The notes beneath the pieces were generated by a model. It worked only from the letters and a program-made list of their open reading frames with translations. It made no database searches and was not told the DNA's origin. The translations under genes were made by a program, and so were the position numbers. 35,970 nucleotides of DNA from positions 1 to 35,970 of the IMG/VR virus record IMGVR_UViG_3300027373_000203; one strand, written 5' to 3'. This document shows, piece after piece, positions 1 through 9,051 of the stretch (position 1 is its first letter; each line of letters begins with the position of its first letter). Origin of the DNA: a virus. Taxonomy: Duplodnaviria; Caudoviricetes.

Positions 1-190
1 TATTATTCTCTTTACATGTAAGTTTAATTGAAGATCAAGATTTTATCAAAAAGTAGTTTAAATTTTGGTTGTTAAGGTTGATTAACAAACCGTTAAATGT
101 TGCTATTTTGGTAAAACGCCAAAAATAGCCTATTTTAGGGCATCTCTACCACAACAAGACCCCTAAATAATACCACTTAAAAGCCTTTTT

Positions 191-222
191 CGTGACACAC
201 TTTGGCACAATCTTGGCACACG
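191..222 (+). repeat. att-associated repeats (integrase arm-type sites and/or att core)
   Basis: GTGACACAC-TTTGGCACAATC-TTGGCACAC tandem motif; 202-215 is identical to 35956-35969 at the integrase 3' end. Confidence 0.65.
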
Positions 223-244
223 GTATAAATTAACAGGACTAACT

Positions 245-505
245 ATGCTCAAAAACCACAGAAAAGGTTTAGGGATTAAGGTTAGTGATCCTCTTCATAT
301 TAAGCTATTAAAAAAACTTGAAAATCTAAAAATCAAAGCTACTCATAAAAATAACACTATCTCATTTTTTAAAGATGGAATTAGATTCGTTTTAATGGTG
401 TGGCACTACGATGAAGATTTATCACGAAATGTAATATCCAACGGTGGAATAGCTTGTGAAGTTAAATCACTTCAATGTTTAGAGACTATCTTATGTTGTC
501 GTTAA
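245..505 (+). CDS. Hypothetical protein, weak VRR-NUC-like C-terminus
   Basis: 86-aa ORF with AGGA RBS; C-terminal GGIACEVKSL loosely resembles VRR-NUC ends, no catalytic motif evident. Confidence 0.5.
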   Translation: MLKNHRKGLGIKVSDPLHIKLLKKLENLKIKATHKNNTISFFKDGIRFVLMVWHYDEDLSRNVISNGGIACEVKSLQCLETILCCR

Positions 506-870
506 TATTTTATTGGAAAGATCATAACCCAGTTCCATATAAACGTACTACTCAAAGACAAAAATACGTTGATGAAGATTATAAAAAGTACCAACAATGG
601 AAAGCTATAGTGTACTTTTCATTCATCAAACAACTTGGTAAAGCTCCTCAAAATTTCTTTAAAAAAGATCAAAAATATTACGTTGACATAATGATTTATT
701 TTAAAGATAAAACTCATGGAGACTCCGACAACGTTATGAAAGGTGTACTTGATGCAATCTTTCAAAAACCTCTTACAGACAAATATATTGCAGGTTCATT
801 TGACTATCAATATGACAAACAAAATCCAAGAGTTGAGGTAAAAATAAGTGAGAACAGAATTAATATTTAG
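475..870 (+). CDS. rusA: RusA-family Holliday junction resolvase (start may be 493)
   Basis: PVPYKR N-terminal motif, DSDNVMKGVLDAI catalytic motif, C-terminal PRVEVKI. Confidence 0.8.
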   Translation: MFRDYLMLSLIFYWKDHNPVPYKRTTQRQKYVDEDYKKYQQWKAIVYFSFIKQLGKAPQNFFKKDQKYYVDIMIYFKDKTHGDSDNVMKGVLDAIFQKPLTDKYIAGSFDYQYDKQNPRVEVKISENRINI

Positions 871-1186
871 CAAAAAATACCAACTACAAAAGAACAAACC
901 AAAAAACGATAAGAAACTTCCATCAAAAGAGTTGCAGCAGTATCAATTTTGGCTCAAAGAAAACCACCCACAATGTCAAGCAAAACTAAACGGATGCGAA
1001 CATCAAACCATTGAAGCTCATCACGTTTTATTTGGAAGTTTTGGAGCGGATAAAGATGATACTAGATTAATTTCAGTATGCAGGGCGTGTCATTGTTGGT
1101 GTCACGCTCATAAAAAGCTTAGTCAGGAGTTGCTTTTACACGTAGCTGAATCAAACTGGTTACAATACATATCTAGTAAAAATTAA
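848..1186 (+). CDS. Small HNH-like zinc-binding nuclease
   Basis: CQ...C, EAHHVLFG, CRACH pattern. Confidence 0.65.
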   Translation: MRTELIFSKKYQLQKNKPKNDKKLPSKELQQYQFWLKENHPQCQAKLNGCEHQTIEAHHVLFGSFGADKDDTRLISVCRACHCWCHAHKKLSQELLLHVAESNWLQYISSKN

Positions 1187-1233
1187 ACAGTAAGTTATTT
1201 TTAGTCGATATAATTCACATAAAAGGGGATAAA

Positions 1234-1479
1234 ATGAATGCGGAACAATTAAAGGAAAAGTTTAAAGAGGTAGGCATTTCACAAAAAGAATTTGCCGACA
1301 TTACAGGGGTACATACAAACACAGTTAGCCAATGGGTAAGATCTATAAATGAAATACCATCTTGGGTACTTCCTTTTCTAGAAATGATACAAAAAGATAA
1401 GGATAAAGAGATACTTATTTCAAAGATAGATACAACAATAAAAACACTTAATGAGTTAAAAGAAAAGCTACAAAAATAA
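1234..1479 (+). CDS. XRE-family HTH regulator
   Basis: ISQKEFADITGVHTNTVSQW helix-turn-helix; AAGGGG RBS; TATAAT at about 1209-1214. Confidence 0.85.
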   Translation: MNAEQLKEKFKEVGISQKEFADITGVHTNTVSQWVRSINEIPSWVLPFLEMIQKDKDKEILISKIDTTIKTLNELKEKLQK

Positions 1480-1499
1480 CTTATTAAATTATTTTACTA

Positions 1500-1528
1500 T
1501 TGACATAAAACACTTAGCAAGTTATAAT
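1500..1528 (+). promoter_or_regulatory. Consensus sigma70 promoter
   Basis: TTGACA (1500-1505), 17-bp spacer, TATAAT (1523-1528); AGGAG RBS before the ATG at 1561. Confidence 0.8.
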
Positions 1529-1560
1529 TCACTCTATAAAACTAATTTTAGGAGTGAATT

Positions 1561-1755
1561 ATGCAAACAGATAGACCAATCCTACTCATATCATGCGAAC
1601 TAGATAGGCTTAATGCCATTCTATATTCAGTCAAAACAAATATGTTCAATGATGATTATATGAAAGAAGATGTTGAAAAAATACTCTTTTATGTTTACTC
1701 ACAAATTGAACGTATCACCAAAGAACTAGACAATGCACACTTCACAAAAAAATAA
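1561..1755 (+). CDS. Hypothetical protein
   Basis: 64-aa ORF with a strong promoter and RBS. Confidence 0.65.
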   Translation: MQTDRPILLISCELDRLNAILYSVKTNMFNDDYMKEDVEKILFYVYSQIERITKELDNAHFTKK

Positions 1756-1785
1756 TGTAAAAAGAATTATATGTAAAGGAATTCT

Positions 1786-2625
1786 ATGGAGTTCATACGA
1801 AATACTGAAATAAAATCTTGTGGTTCAGTAAACAGACAATTTGCTCTTTTCAAGTGCGAAAAATGTGGGTTACAAGTTGAAAAACAGAAAAGGCTAGGAC
1901 TAATTAATAAAACTTGTGGTTGTAACCATAATTATGTTGGATCTACAATAAATGGATTTAAAATAATTAGTCAAAAAGTAGTATCTCAAAGACATAAATG
2001 TATTGCAATATGCCCATATTGTAAATCAGAAAAAGAATACTTTGTTACATCGCTTAAAAATCAAAAATCATGTGGGTGTATGAATAAAGAATTTTATTTG
2101 CATGCTCATACAACTCACGGACTATCTTCGCATAGGCTCTATAATATACATAGAGGAATGTTACAAAGATGCTTTAATAAAAATGCAAAAAGCTATCAAA
2201 GATATGGTGCTCGTGGAATTACAATGTGCAATGAGTGGAAAAATGACTTTAAATCATTTTATGATTGGGCTATTTTAAATGGGTATGACGATGAGTTATC
2301 TATTGACAGAATAGACAATAATGGAAATTATGAGCCATCAAATTGTAGGTGGGCAGGAGATGAAATACAAAATAGAAATAAAGGGAAGAGAAAAAATAAT
2401 ACAACAGGTTTTATTGGTGTTTCATACATAAAGGAAAGAAAATTATATCTTGCATCAATAACTGTAAGTAAAGTTCAAATTAAACTTGGAGTTGCAAAAA
2501 CAGCAGAAGAAGCTTCTAAGATTTATGACAGTTATGTGTTTGATAATAATTTAGAACATTCCACAAATGTAGCTCGTGAAAATTGGAAGCAATACGGAGG
2601 AAGTGAGGATATTGATAATGGCTGA
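1786..2625 (+). CDS. HNH endonuclease with Cys-rich N-terminus and AP2-like C-terminal domain (homing-endonuclease type)
   Basis: YQRYGARGITMCNEW, SIDRIDNNGNYEPSNCRWA, NNTTGFIGVS motifs; CxxC and SCGC motifs. Confidence 0.85.
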   Translation: MEFIRNTEIKSCGSVNRQFALFKCEKCGLQVEKQKRLGLINKTCGCNHNYVGSTINGFKIISQKVVSQRHKCIAICPYCKSEKEYFVTSLKNQKSCGCMNKEFYLHAHTTHGLSSHRLYNIHRGMLQRCFNKNAKSYQRYGARGITMCNEWKNDFKSFYDWAILNGYDDELSIDRIDNNGNYEPSNCRWAGDEIQNRNKGKRKNNTTGFIGVSYIKERKLYLASITVSKVQIKLGVAKTAEEASKIYDSYVFDNNLEHSTNVARENWKQYGGSEDIDNG

Positions 2626-3376
2626 AAAACGTATGTTTTCAAATCAAATTATTGATAGCGATGCATTCCTAGATATGCCTGCAACTTCACAAAATCTTTA
2701 CTTTCATTTAGCTATGAGAGCAGATGATGAGGGATTTATTAATAGTCCTAAAAAGATAATGCGATCAATTGGTGCAAACGAGAACGATTTTGATGTTTTG
2801 GTGGCAAAAGGTTTTTTAATAGGTTTTGAGTCAAAAATTTATGTCATAAAACATTGGTGGGTACATAACTATATTCGTCAAGATAGGGTTAAAAGTACCA
2901 ATTACACATATGAAAGATCTCTTTTAAATTTAAAAGAAAATGGTGCTTACACGCTATGTCAGTCAAGTGACAGTCAAGTGGCTGACAAAAGTCAGGCTAG
3001 TATAGAAGAGAGTAGTATAGATAAGAATAGTTTAGATAAGAATAGTTTAGAAGAGGATAGTTTAGATAAAGAGAGTGTAGAGAAAAAACCTAAACGGTTT
3101 ATTCCTCCAACACTTGAAGAAATTGAAACTTTCATCAAAACTAACAACCTCAACGTAAATGCTAAATATTTTCTTGACTACTTCACAGATGGTAACTGGA
3201 TAGACAGCAAAGGAAATAAGGTTAAAAACTGGAAACAGAAACTAAGGACCTGGCATAACCATAACGATTCAAAACCAAAGTACAGAACACTAGCAGATAG
3301 TAACCGTGAGGCTATGGATGCATATGAAAAGCGCTTTAGCAATGATGTTATTGAGGGGGAATTATGCGAGCCTTAA
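2618..3376 (+). CDS. Phage replication initiator (replisome-organiser type)
   Basis: MAEKRMFS..IIDSDAFLDMP..Q.LYFHL.MRADDEGF N-terminus; F.PPTLEEI and NWKQKLRTW C-terminal motifs; internal repeats; ATG 2618 preferred over GTG 2576. Confidence 0.8.
   Translation: MAEKRMFSNQIIDSDAFLDMPATSQNLYFHLAMRADDEGFINSPKKIMRSIGANENDFDVLVAKGFLIGFESKIYVIKHWWVHNYIRQDRVKSTNYTYERSLLNLKENGAYTLCQSSDSQVADKSQASIEESSIDKNSLDKNSLEEDSLDKESVEKKPKRFIPPTLEEIETFIKTNNLNVNAKYFLDYFTDGNWIDSKGNKVKNWKQKLRTWHNHNDSKPKYRTLADSNREAMDAYEKRFSNDVIEGELCEP
2958..3087 (+). repeat. Probable phage origin iterons inside the initiator gene
   Basis: CAGTCAAGTG twice (2960-2969, 2971-2980), then five to six 15-bp units TAGTWTAGAWRAGRR (2998-3087). 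Confidence 0.65.
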
Positions 3377-3936
3377 TAGAACACATTGCAAATATGCTAA
3401 AGATTGATCTAAAAGACCCTTACGCTTTAGCTGACATTGCACAGGTGAAAGAGCTTGAAGGATTTAAGACTTTTATCGAAGATAACTTTAATGACATTCG
3501 TTTGAAGTTTGCTAATCCAATAGAGAAATTTCTACTTTTGCGGAAAATGTACTATGAAGAGCTTAATCGTGATCGATTAGAAAATGCTCATAAAGTTTCT
3601 TTTGCTATTGGTGAAAAGTTCAGAGAATTAAAACCTCAGCTTCGAGAGTTAGAAGATAAAGAGGTTTTAACTAGGTATTTGTCTCAAAACATTGATGGTG
3701 AAATGGTGAGGTGTTTTACTGATTTTGAAAACAACGCACTAGGAAAAATTGGAACTATCAAAAGGTTAATTTACCTAGATGATAATCACAAACTTGAAGA
3801 GGAACTAGACAAAGTATTTTCAAGTGTTGTTTATTATGGCAAAGAAACGCTCAGAATAGAGCAAAAAAAGCAAAATAACACTTTAGGCGATGAAAGACTC
3901 GATAAAACTTTTAACACAGCTTTAAACCGCATTTAA
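3364..3936 (+). CDS. Hypothetical protein in helicase-loader position
   Basis: 190-aa ORF overlapping the initiator stop; function inferred from position only. Confidence 0.6.
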   Translation: MRALIEHIANMLKIDLKDPYALADIAQVKELEGFKTFIEDNFNDIRLKFANPIEKFLLLRKMYYEELNRDRLENAHKVSFAIGEKFRELKPQLRELEDKEVLTRYLSQNIDGEMVRCFTDFENNALGKIGTIKRLIYLDDNHKLEEELDKVFSSVVYYGKETLRIEQKKQNNTLGDERLDKTFNTALNRI

Positions 3937-3945
3937 CTACTCAAC

Positions 3946-3964
3946 TGTTCGGAATTACCGAACA
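3946..3964. repeat. Intergenic inverted repeat
   Basis: TGTTCGG-AATTA-CCGAACA. Confidence 0.6.
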
Positions 3965-3988
3965 ACTCAAACAATCAAAGGTACATCT

Positions 3989-4792
3989 ATGAGCCTATTT
4001 GAATTACCAAAAAACAATATTGCTTCTGTAAATCTATTCGTAGATAAGAAAACAAGAGTTGAATTATTTAATGACAACTTCCAAAATTACAAGCGATACA
4101 ACATAAGAAAAGCACAGTTGGTTATCGCTGACATTCCTTATAACTTAGGGATTAATGCTTATGCTTCTAACCCTATGTGGTACGTTGATGGTGACAACAA
4201 AAACGGAGAAAGCAGCAAAGCAGGAAAAGATTTTTTTAACACGGATTTTAACTTCAATATTGCCGAGTATATGCACTTCTGCTCAAAGCTTCTTATTAAG
4301 GAGCCAAAAGAGACTGGGAAAGCTCCTGCGATGATTGTATTTTGTGCATTTCACCAAATGCAGATGATTATCGACTATGGCAAAAAGCACGGATTTAAAA
4401 ACAGTTACCCTTTATTTTTCGTAAAAGACTACTCAGCGCAGGTGTTAAAAGCCAATATGAAAATTGTCGGAGCCACAGAACATGCTGTAGTGCTTTATAG
4501 AGAGAAGCTACCAAAATTTAACAACAATGGGAAGATGGTTTTTAACTGGATTAAATGGGAACGTGATAGTAAAGACATTCCAAAAATTCACCCAACACAA
4601 AAGCCAGTTAATTTACTTGCAAAACTCATCAGAATTTTTACAGATGAAGGTGATGTGGTAATTGACCCTTGCGCTGGTAGTGCTTCAACATTGAGAGCGT
4701 GTGCAGAACTTAACCGACATTGCTATGGTTTTGAGGTATCAAAAGAGATCTATCAAAAAGCAAAAAAAGAAATGCTTTTACAAGGAGCTTAA
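3989..4792 (+). CDS. DNA N6-adenine/N4-cytosine methyltransferase (beta class)
   Basis: Variant motif IV DIPY, HPTQKP, motif I VIDPCAGSAS. Confidence 0.88.
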   Translation: MSLFELPKNNIASVNLFVDKKTRVELFNDNFQNYKRYNIRKAQLVIADIPYNLGINAYASNPMWYVDGDNKNGESSKAGKDFFNTDFNFNIAEYMHFCSKLLIKEPKETGKAPAMIVFCAFHQMQMIIDYGKKHGFKNSYPLFFVKDYSAQVLKANMKIVGATEHAVVLYREKLPKFNNNGKMVFNWIKWERDSKDIPKIHPTQKPVNLLAKLIRIFTDEGDVVIDPCAGSASTLRACAELNRHCYGFEVSKEIYQKAKKEMLLQGA

Positions 4793-4794
4793 TA

Positions 4795-4920
4795 ATGGAA
4801 TATTTATTACCACTAGCATTCTTCGCTTTCATTCTATGCCTCATTCCTTTTGTAGGTGGTAAGACAAAGAAGAAAGGATCTATTGACACCATTAAGAATG
4901 TGAGATGGTGGACGAGATAA
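4795..4920 (+). CDS. Small membrane peptide (41 aa, not in ORF track)
   Basis: MEYLLPLAFFAFILCLIPFVGGKTKKK...; AAGGAG RBS; stop overlaps the next ATG (TAATG). Confidence 0.55.
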   Translation: MEYLLPLAFFAFILCLIPFVGGKTKKKGSIDTIKNVRWWTR

Positions 4921-5858
4921 TGGAAGTTAACAAAATTTATAATATGGATGCAAGAAAAGCATTAAAACAATTACCAAACAACTCTATTGACTGCATTGTT
5001 ACAAGCCCACCATATTATCAACTTAGAGATTATGGTACTAATGGCCAGATTGGGCAAGAAAATACTCCTAGTGAGTATATTAAAAATCTTGTTTTAGTAT
5101 TTGAAGAATGCCATAGGGTATTAAAAGATAATGGAACATTATGGGTTAATATTGGTGATAGTTATGCAGGAAGCGGGAAAGGTCAATGGGGAAGTGGAGA
5201 AAATGATCCTAAAAAGAAAAAAACTTATGGCCAAAAACTAAACATTCAAAAACCACAAGATATTGGTCTTAAACCAAAAGATTTAATTGGCATTCCATGG
5301 CGCTTAGCTTTTGCATTACAAGATTTTGGATGGTATCTTATACAAGATATTATATGGCATAAACCAAACCCACTTCCTGAGAGCGTAACAGATCGATGTA
5401 CTAAATCACATGAGTATGTTTTTCTTCTTTCTAAAAATCAAAAATATTATTATGACCATGAAAGTATCAAAGAAGATACTGTTTATCCAATAGGGACTAG
5501 AACTGAAAAAAAACGTGGTGATTTTAAAGGAAAATACCACGCTCATGAAGATTTTAAACATATATCTGATTCTTTTAGAGCAATTAGAGATAAAAGAAAT
5601 AAAAGAGATGTTTGGACGGTTTCTACTAAAGCTTATAGAGGTGCTCATTTTGCAACATTTCCAGAAGAACTTATAGAGCCTTGTATTTTGTCAGGGTGTA
5701 GAAAAGGGGGAGTTGTACTAGATCCTTTTTTTGGGTCAGGAACAACTGGAGTCGTGGCCAAAAAGTATGGCCGTAATTTTATTGGCATAGAGCTAAATAG
5801 CGATTACGTAAATATTGCAAATAAACGCCTCGAAACCGTACAAGGTATTTTACTATGA
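4920..5858 (+). CDS. DNA N4-cytosine/N6-adenine methyltransferase (beta class)
   Basis: TSPPY motif IV, HFATFP, VLDPFFGSGTT motif I; start 4920 (TAATG coupling) or 4905. Confidence 0.92.
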   Translation: MEVNKIYNMDARKALKQLPNNSIDCIVTSPPYYQLRDYGTNGQIGQENTPSEYIKNLVLVFEECHRVLKDNGTLWVNIGDSYAGSGKGQWGSGENDPKKKKTYGQKLNIQKPQDIGLKPKDLIGIPWRLAFALQDFGWYLIQDIIWHKPNPLPESVTDRCTKSHEYVFLLSKNQKYYYDHESIKEDTVYPIGTRTEKKRGDFKGKYHAHEDFKHISDSFRAIRDKRNKRDVWTVSTKAYRGAHFATFPEELIEPCILSGCRKGGVVLDPFFGSGTTGVVAKKYGRNFIGIELNSDYVNIANKRLETVQGILL

Positions 5859-6019
5859 CCATACCACAAGAGCTTAGAAACATAAAAGAAAAGCTAATCT
5901 TAGCAGACATGGAAGCCGATACCATCACCGACCTGCTCAAAGACCCAACGCCTCAGAACATCGAAAAAGCACGTGTGAAAATGGAAGCATTGAAAGAAGA
6001 ATTGGAGGGGTGTTTATGA
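5855..6019 (+). CDS. Hypothetical protein (54 aa, not in ORF track)
   Basis: MTIPQELRNIKEKL...; ATGA overlaps at both ends. Confidence 0.55.
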   Translation: MTIPQELRNIKEKLILADMEADTITDLLKDPTPQNIEKARVKMEALKEELEGCL

Positions 6020-7131
6020 TCCGTGTAGCAACAGCATTTAGCGGTGGACTTGCTGCGCCTGAATTTGCACTAAAATATAGTGGCATAGAGCATGAGATAG
6101 TCTTTGCATGCGAATGGGATAAATACGCTCGAAAACAGTACCTACAATTTCACGGTAAGCCTACTGCGTTTTACGAAGATATTAAAAACCTTTGTGCAAA
6201 GTGCTATTACGCGCTCATTGATCTTTTTATCTTTGGTAGTCCATGCCAAAATTTATCATTAGCCGGTAACCAAAAAGGTTTAGAGGGTGAAAAGTCCAAA
6301 TACTTTTTTGAGGGTTATCGTGTCTTATCGGAGATGATGCCTAAAGTGTTCATCTTTGAAAATGTCAAAGGGCTTCTAAGTAGCAACAAAGGCAAAGACT
6401 TTGCACTGGTCATGAAGATGTTTCGAGAGCTTGGCTATCACTGCGCCCATACGGTACTCAATACAAAAGACTACGGAGTACCACAAAATCGTGAGCGTGT
6501 TTTTGTCGTTGGTTTCTTAGACGTTAACTCCTACCATGATTTTAACTTTCTGCCAGGCTTTCCGTTAAAAAAAAGGCTTATAGATGTTTTAGAGAGTGAT
6601 GTGGATGAGAAGTATTACCTTAGCGATAAACTCATCAAAACATTTTTAGAAAAGTCAAATGATCCTAAATCAAAAATGACAATACAGGCATTTCATAATA
6701 AAGATGATGCGTATTCTGCTTGTCTAACAGCGCAATATCAAAAATCAAGAATTACTGACCCTTACATAAAAGAGCCTATTATTAAAATTAAATCTGCAAC
6801 AAAAAATGGTTATGAAATAGCACATGCAGGAGATAGCATAAATTATAAAAATACCAATAGCAAAACAAGAAGAGGAAGGATTGGGAAACAAATATCCCAA
6901 ACTATAGAAACTAATTGTCAGATTGGTGTATTCGATGGTAATTTTATTAGGAAATTTACACCACGTGAATGTTTTAGGCTTTTTGGGGTAAGAGACAAAG
7001 ACATTAACATCGTAGTATCTGATGCGCAAGCTTATAAAATAGCCGGTAACGCTATAAGTGTTCCACCGCTAGAGATGATAATCACGCAAATTTTTAGACC
7101 GCAAAGAATAGCATCGCTATTTAGCGCTTAA
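6016..7131 (+). CDS. DNA C5-cytosine methyltransferase
   Basis: FSGG motif I variant, GSPCQ catalytic motif, ENV, PQNRERVF, TPRECFRL, YKIAGNAI. Confidence 0.92.
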   Translation: MIRVATAFSGGLAAPEFALKYSGIEHEIVFACEWDKYARKQYLQFHGKPTAFYEDIKNLCAKCYYALIDLFIFGSPCQNLSLAGNQKGLEGEKSKYFFEGYRVLSEMMPKVFIFENVKGLLSSNKGKDFALVMKMFRELGYHCAHTVLNTKDYGVPQNRERVFVVGFLDVNSYHDFNFLPGFPLKKRLIDVLESDVDEKYYLSDKLIKTFLEKSNDPKSKMTIQAFHNKDDAYSACLTAQYQKSRITDPYIKEPIIKIKSATKNGYEIAHAGDSINYKNTNSKTRRGRIGKQISQTIETNCQIGVFDGNFIRKFTPRECFRLFGVRDKDINIVVSDAQAYKIAGNAISVPPLEMIITQIFRPQRIASLFSA

Positions 7132-7198
7132 CGCATTGGGGTGGGGACACACTTTTTCAAGCACCACACAGATGAAAGTATAACATAAAGGATAGAAG

Positions 7199-7444
7199 AT
7201 GGGAAAAGCGTTGAAAGTTTTTAATTGGATTGAAGATTGTATTAAAAGTTATATGCAAATTACGCTTGATGATAGTGATAGACAAATCATTAAAGAAGCA
7301 AAAGCAGAGCTTGAAGAAGCTATGAAACCTAAAACGTGTGAAGGGTGTAAATATTATTCACCATATCGTCAACAAGAATGCTTACATGAAAAATATTGCC
7401 AAAGAGAGTTTACAGATTATTACGAGCCAAAGGATAACGCATGA
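7199..7444 (+). CDS. Hypothetical protein with C-terminal Cys cluster
   Basis: CEGCKY..C..C; AAGGA RBS. Confidence 0.6.
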   Translation: MGKALKVFNWIEDCIKSYMQITLDDSDRQIIKEAKAELEEAMKPKTCEGCKYYSPYRQQECLHEKYCQREFTDYYEPKDNA

Positions 7445-7794
7445 CAAGAAAGAAGGCTAAAAGTTGGACTGTTAAAGAGTTTTTCGATAACGGTTACAGC
7501 GTCAGAGAAGGCGTGAATATTTTGATTGACAAAATTTTTGATGAGCATGAAAGGTTTGTTGATTTTGTAGTTAATTCCAATAGAAATTTATCAGATGAAG
7601 AAAAAAATAATCTGAAATCTGAAATCTACAAAAAATACAAACAAGAGATATTCTTAACTAAATATAAATCATGCGAGAAATGCAAACACTTTTTAGTAAA
7701 GGTAAGGATGTGTGCTAAGAAAGTACAGCTTAACGATGGTAGCTTACCTAAAAATTTTTATTGCAAATACTATGACCTGAAGGCTACCACATGA
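7441..7794 (+). CDS. Hypothetical protein with C-terminal Cys cluster
   Basis: CEKCKHF..C..FYC; ATGA coupling. Confidence 0.6.
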   Translation: MTRKKAKSWTVKEFFDNGYSVREGVNILIDKIFDEHERFVDFVVNSNRNLSDEEKNNLKSEIYKKYKQEIFLTKYKSCEKCKHFLVKVRMCAKKVQLNDGSLPKNFYCKYYDLKATT

Positions 7795-7955
7795 GCGAAC
7801 TACAACTAGAGCTAATCCTATTCCTATCAGTCTTAGCAGGAATATCGTTTATAAAAATGTGTGAGGCGTTAGCCTTATTATTTAAAGAACTTGACCGTAT
7901 GAATAAAGTCGTGCGTATCAATGACAAAGTGTGCGAAAGGAAGGTAATAAGATGA
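7791..7955 (+). CDS. Small putative membrane protein (54 aa, not in ORF track)
   Basis: MSELQLELILFLSVLAGISFIK...; ATGA overlaps at both ends. Confidence 0.5.
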   Translation: MSELQLELILFLSVLAGISFIKMCEALALLFKELDRMNKVVRINDKVCERKVIR

Positions 7956-8395
7956 AAGAGATTAAGTTTAGAGCATGGGATAAAATGCTTTGTGAAATGT
8001 TTGAAGTTTACACATTATCTAAATATGAAGTTTATGCAATTCAACAAGAAACAGAAGATATGTATAAATTAAATTTAAGCGATTGTGAACTCATGCAGTT
8101 TACTGGCTTAAAAGATAAAAACGGTGTAGAAATTTATGAGGGCGATATTGTTAGGTGGGGATTAGGTTTTACTGGAAGTTGGGATAATGAAAGTTGGCAT
8201 AGATATGCAGTTGCAGAGTTATTTCCATCTCTTCAATTTAGAATTATTTACTATATTATTGGAGAAACTGGAGAGAAAAAAGAAACAGACAATCATGTTT
8301 TTGAGTTTGGGTCTTTTGCTTATAAAGAAACTCATAAATATCTTGAAGTCATAGGAAATATATACCAAAATCCTGAACTATTGGAGAGCAAATGA
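7952..8395 (+). CDS. YopX-family protein
   Basis: MKEIKFRAWDK, MQFTGLKDKNGVEIYEGDIV, EVIGNIYQNPELL. Confidence 0.88.
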   Translation: MKEIKFRAWDKMLCEMFEVYTLSKYEVYAIQQETEDMYKLNLSDCELMQFTGLKDKNGVEIYEGDIVRWGLGFTGSWDNESWHRYAVAELFPSLQFRIIYYIIGETGEKKETDNHVFEFGSFAYKETHKYLEVIGNIYQNPELLESK

Positions 8396-9051
8396 GCGCA
8401 GCAATGAAACCAATACTATTCAGCACTCCTATGGTGCAGGCTATTTTAGATGGTCGAAAGACTATGACTAGGAGAGTTATGAAAGATTGCACACAGTTTG
8501 ATATTGAAGAAGCTGAACTGCTTGAAAATAATGGGTACAACCTAACACATAATTACAAAATGAGCATTGAAAGTGTTGGAATTTTTTCAACAAAAGAAAA
8601 ACTTTTAAACTGGTTTGTTGCAAAGTATTCTAAGTACCAAGTCGGTGATGTTCTATGGGTAAGGGAAACTACTTGGGAAGTTGATTGCGATTGCCAACCG
8701 CCTTGGTGTTGCAGTAGAACTTTTGGATATAGAGCAGATGAATATGATTTTAATGGTGTTCGTTGTTCCGTTAAAACTATACCTTCAATCTTTATGCCAA
8801 AAGAACACGCTCGTATCTTCTTACGTGTAACGAATGTAAGAGTTGAAAGACTGCAAGATATTAGTGTGGAAGATATTAAAAAAGAAGGAGCACCATTGAT
8901 CACTATTACTGGAAATAATGAAGATTTTATAAACAGTAAATTAAAGGGATGGTGGTATGATCTTTGGAACTCCATCAACGGTAAAGGCGCATGGGAAGCT
9001 AACCCATTTGTCTTCGTATATGAATTTCAAAGGGTAGAGAAACCATGCTAA
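8392..9051 (+). CDS. ASCH/PUA-like phage protein
   Basis: PILFSTPMVQAILDGRKTMTRR, GDVLWVRET, PSIFMP, VRVERLQDIS, WEANPFVFVYEF. Confidence 0.75.
   Translation: MSAAMKPILFSTPMVQAILDGRKTMTRRVMKDCTQFDIEEAELLENNGYNLTHNYKMSIESVGIFSTKEKLLNWFVAKYSKYQVGDVLWVRETTWEVDCDCQPPWCCSRTFGYRADEYDFNGVRCSVKTIPSIFMPKEHARIFLRVTNVRVERLQDISVEDIKKEGAPLITITGNNEDFINSKLKGWWYDLWNSINGKGAWEANPFVFVYEFQRVEKPC

Noticed and set aside
67-129. Two inverted repeats (67-91, 102-129) as terminators
   Set aside because: AT-rich imperfect stems with no clear U-tract; cannot be separated from att-region protein-binding sites.
139-152. GGCATCTCTACCA as a tRNA/tmRNA 3'-end att core
   Set aside because: Too short, no T-arm upstream and no second copy in the window.
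203-218. Sigma54 promoter (TGGCAC-N5-TGGC)
   Set aside because: The spacing fits loosely, but the same motif at the integrase end and the tandem copies favour recombination sites.
2998-3087. 15-bp tandem repeats as a CRISPR array
   Set aside because: No spacers, in frame within the initiator gene and no cas genes; better explained as origin iterons.
3989-7131. Complete restriction-modification system
   Set aside because: No cognate endonuclease; nearby nucleases are RusA, HNH and packaging types.
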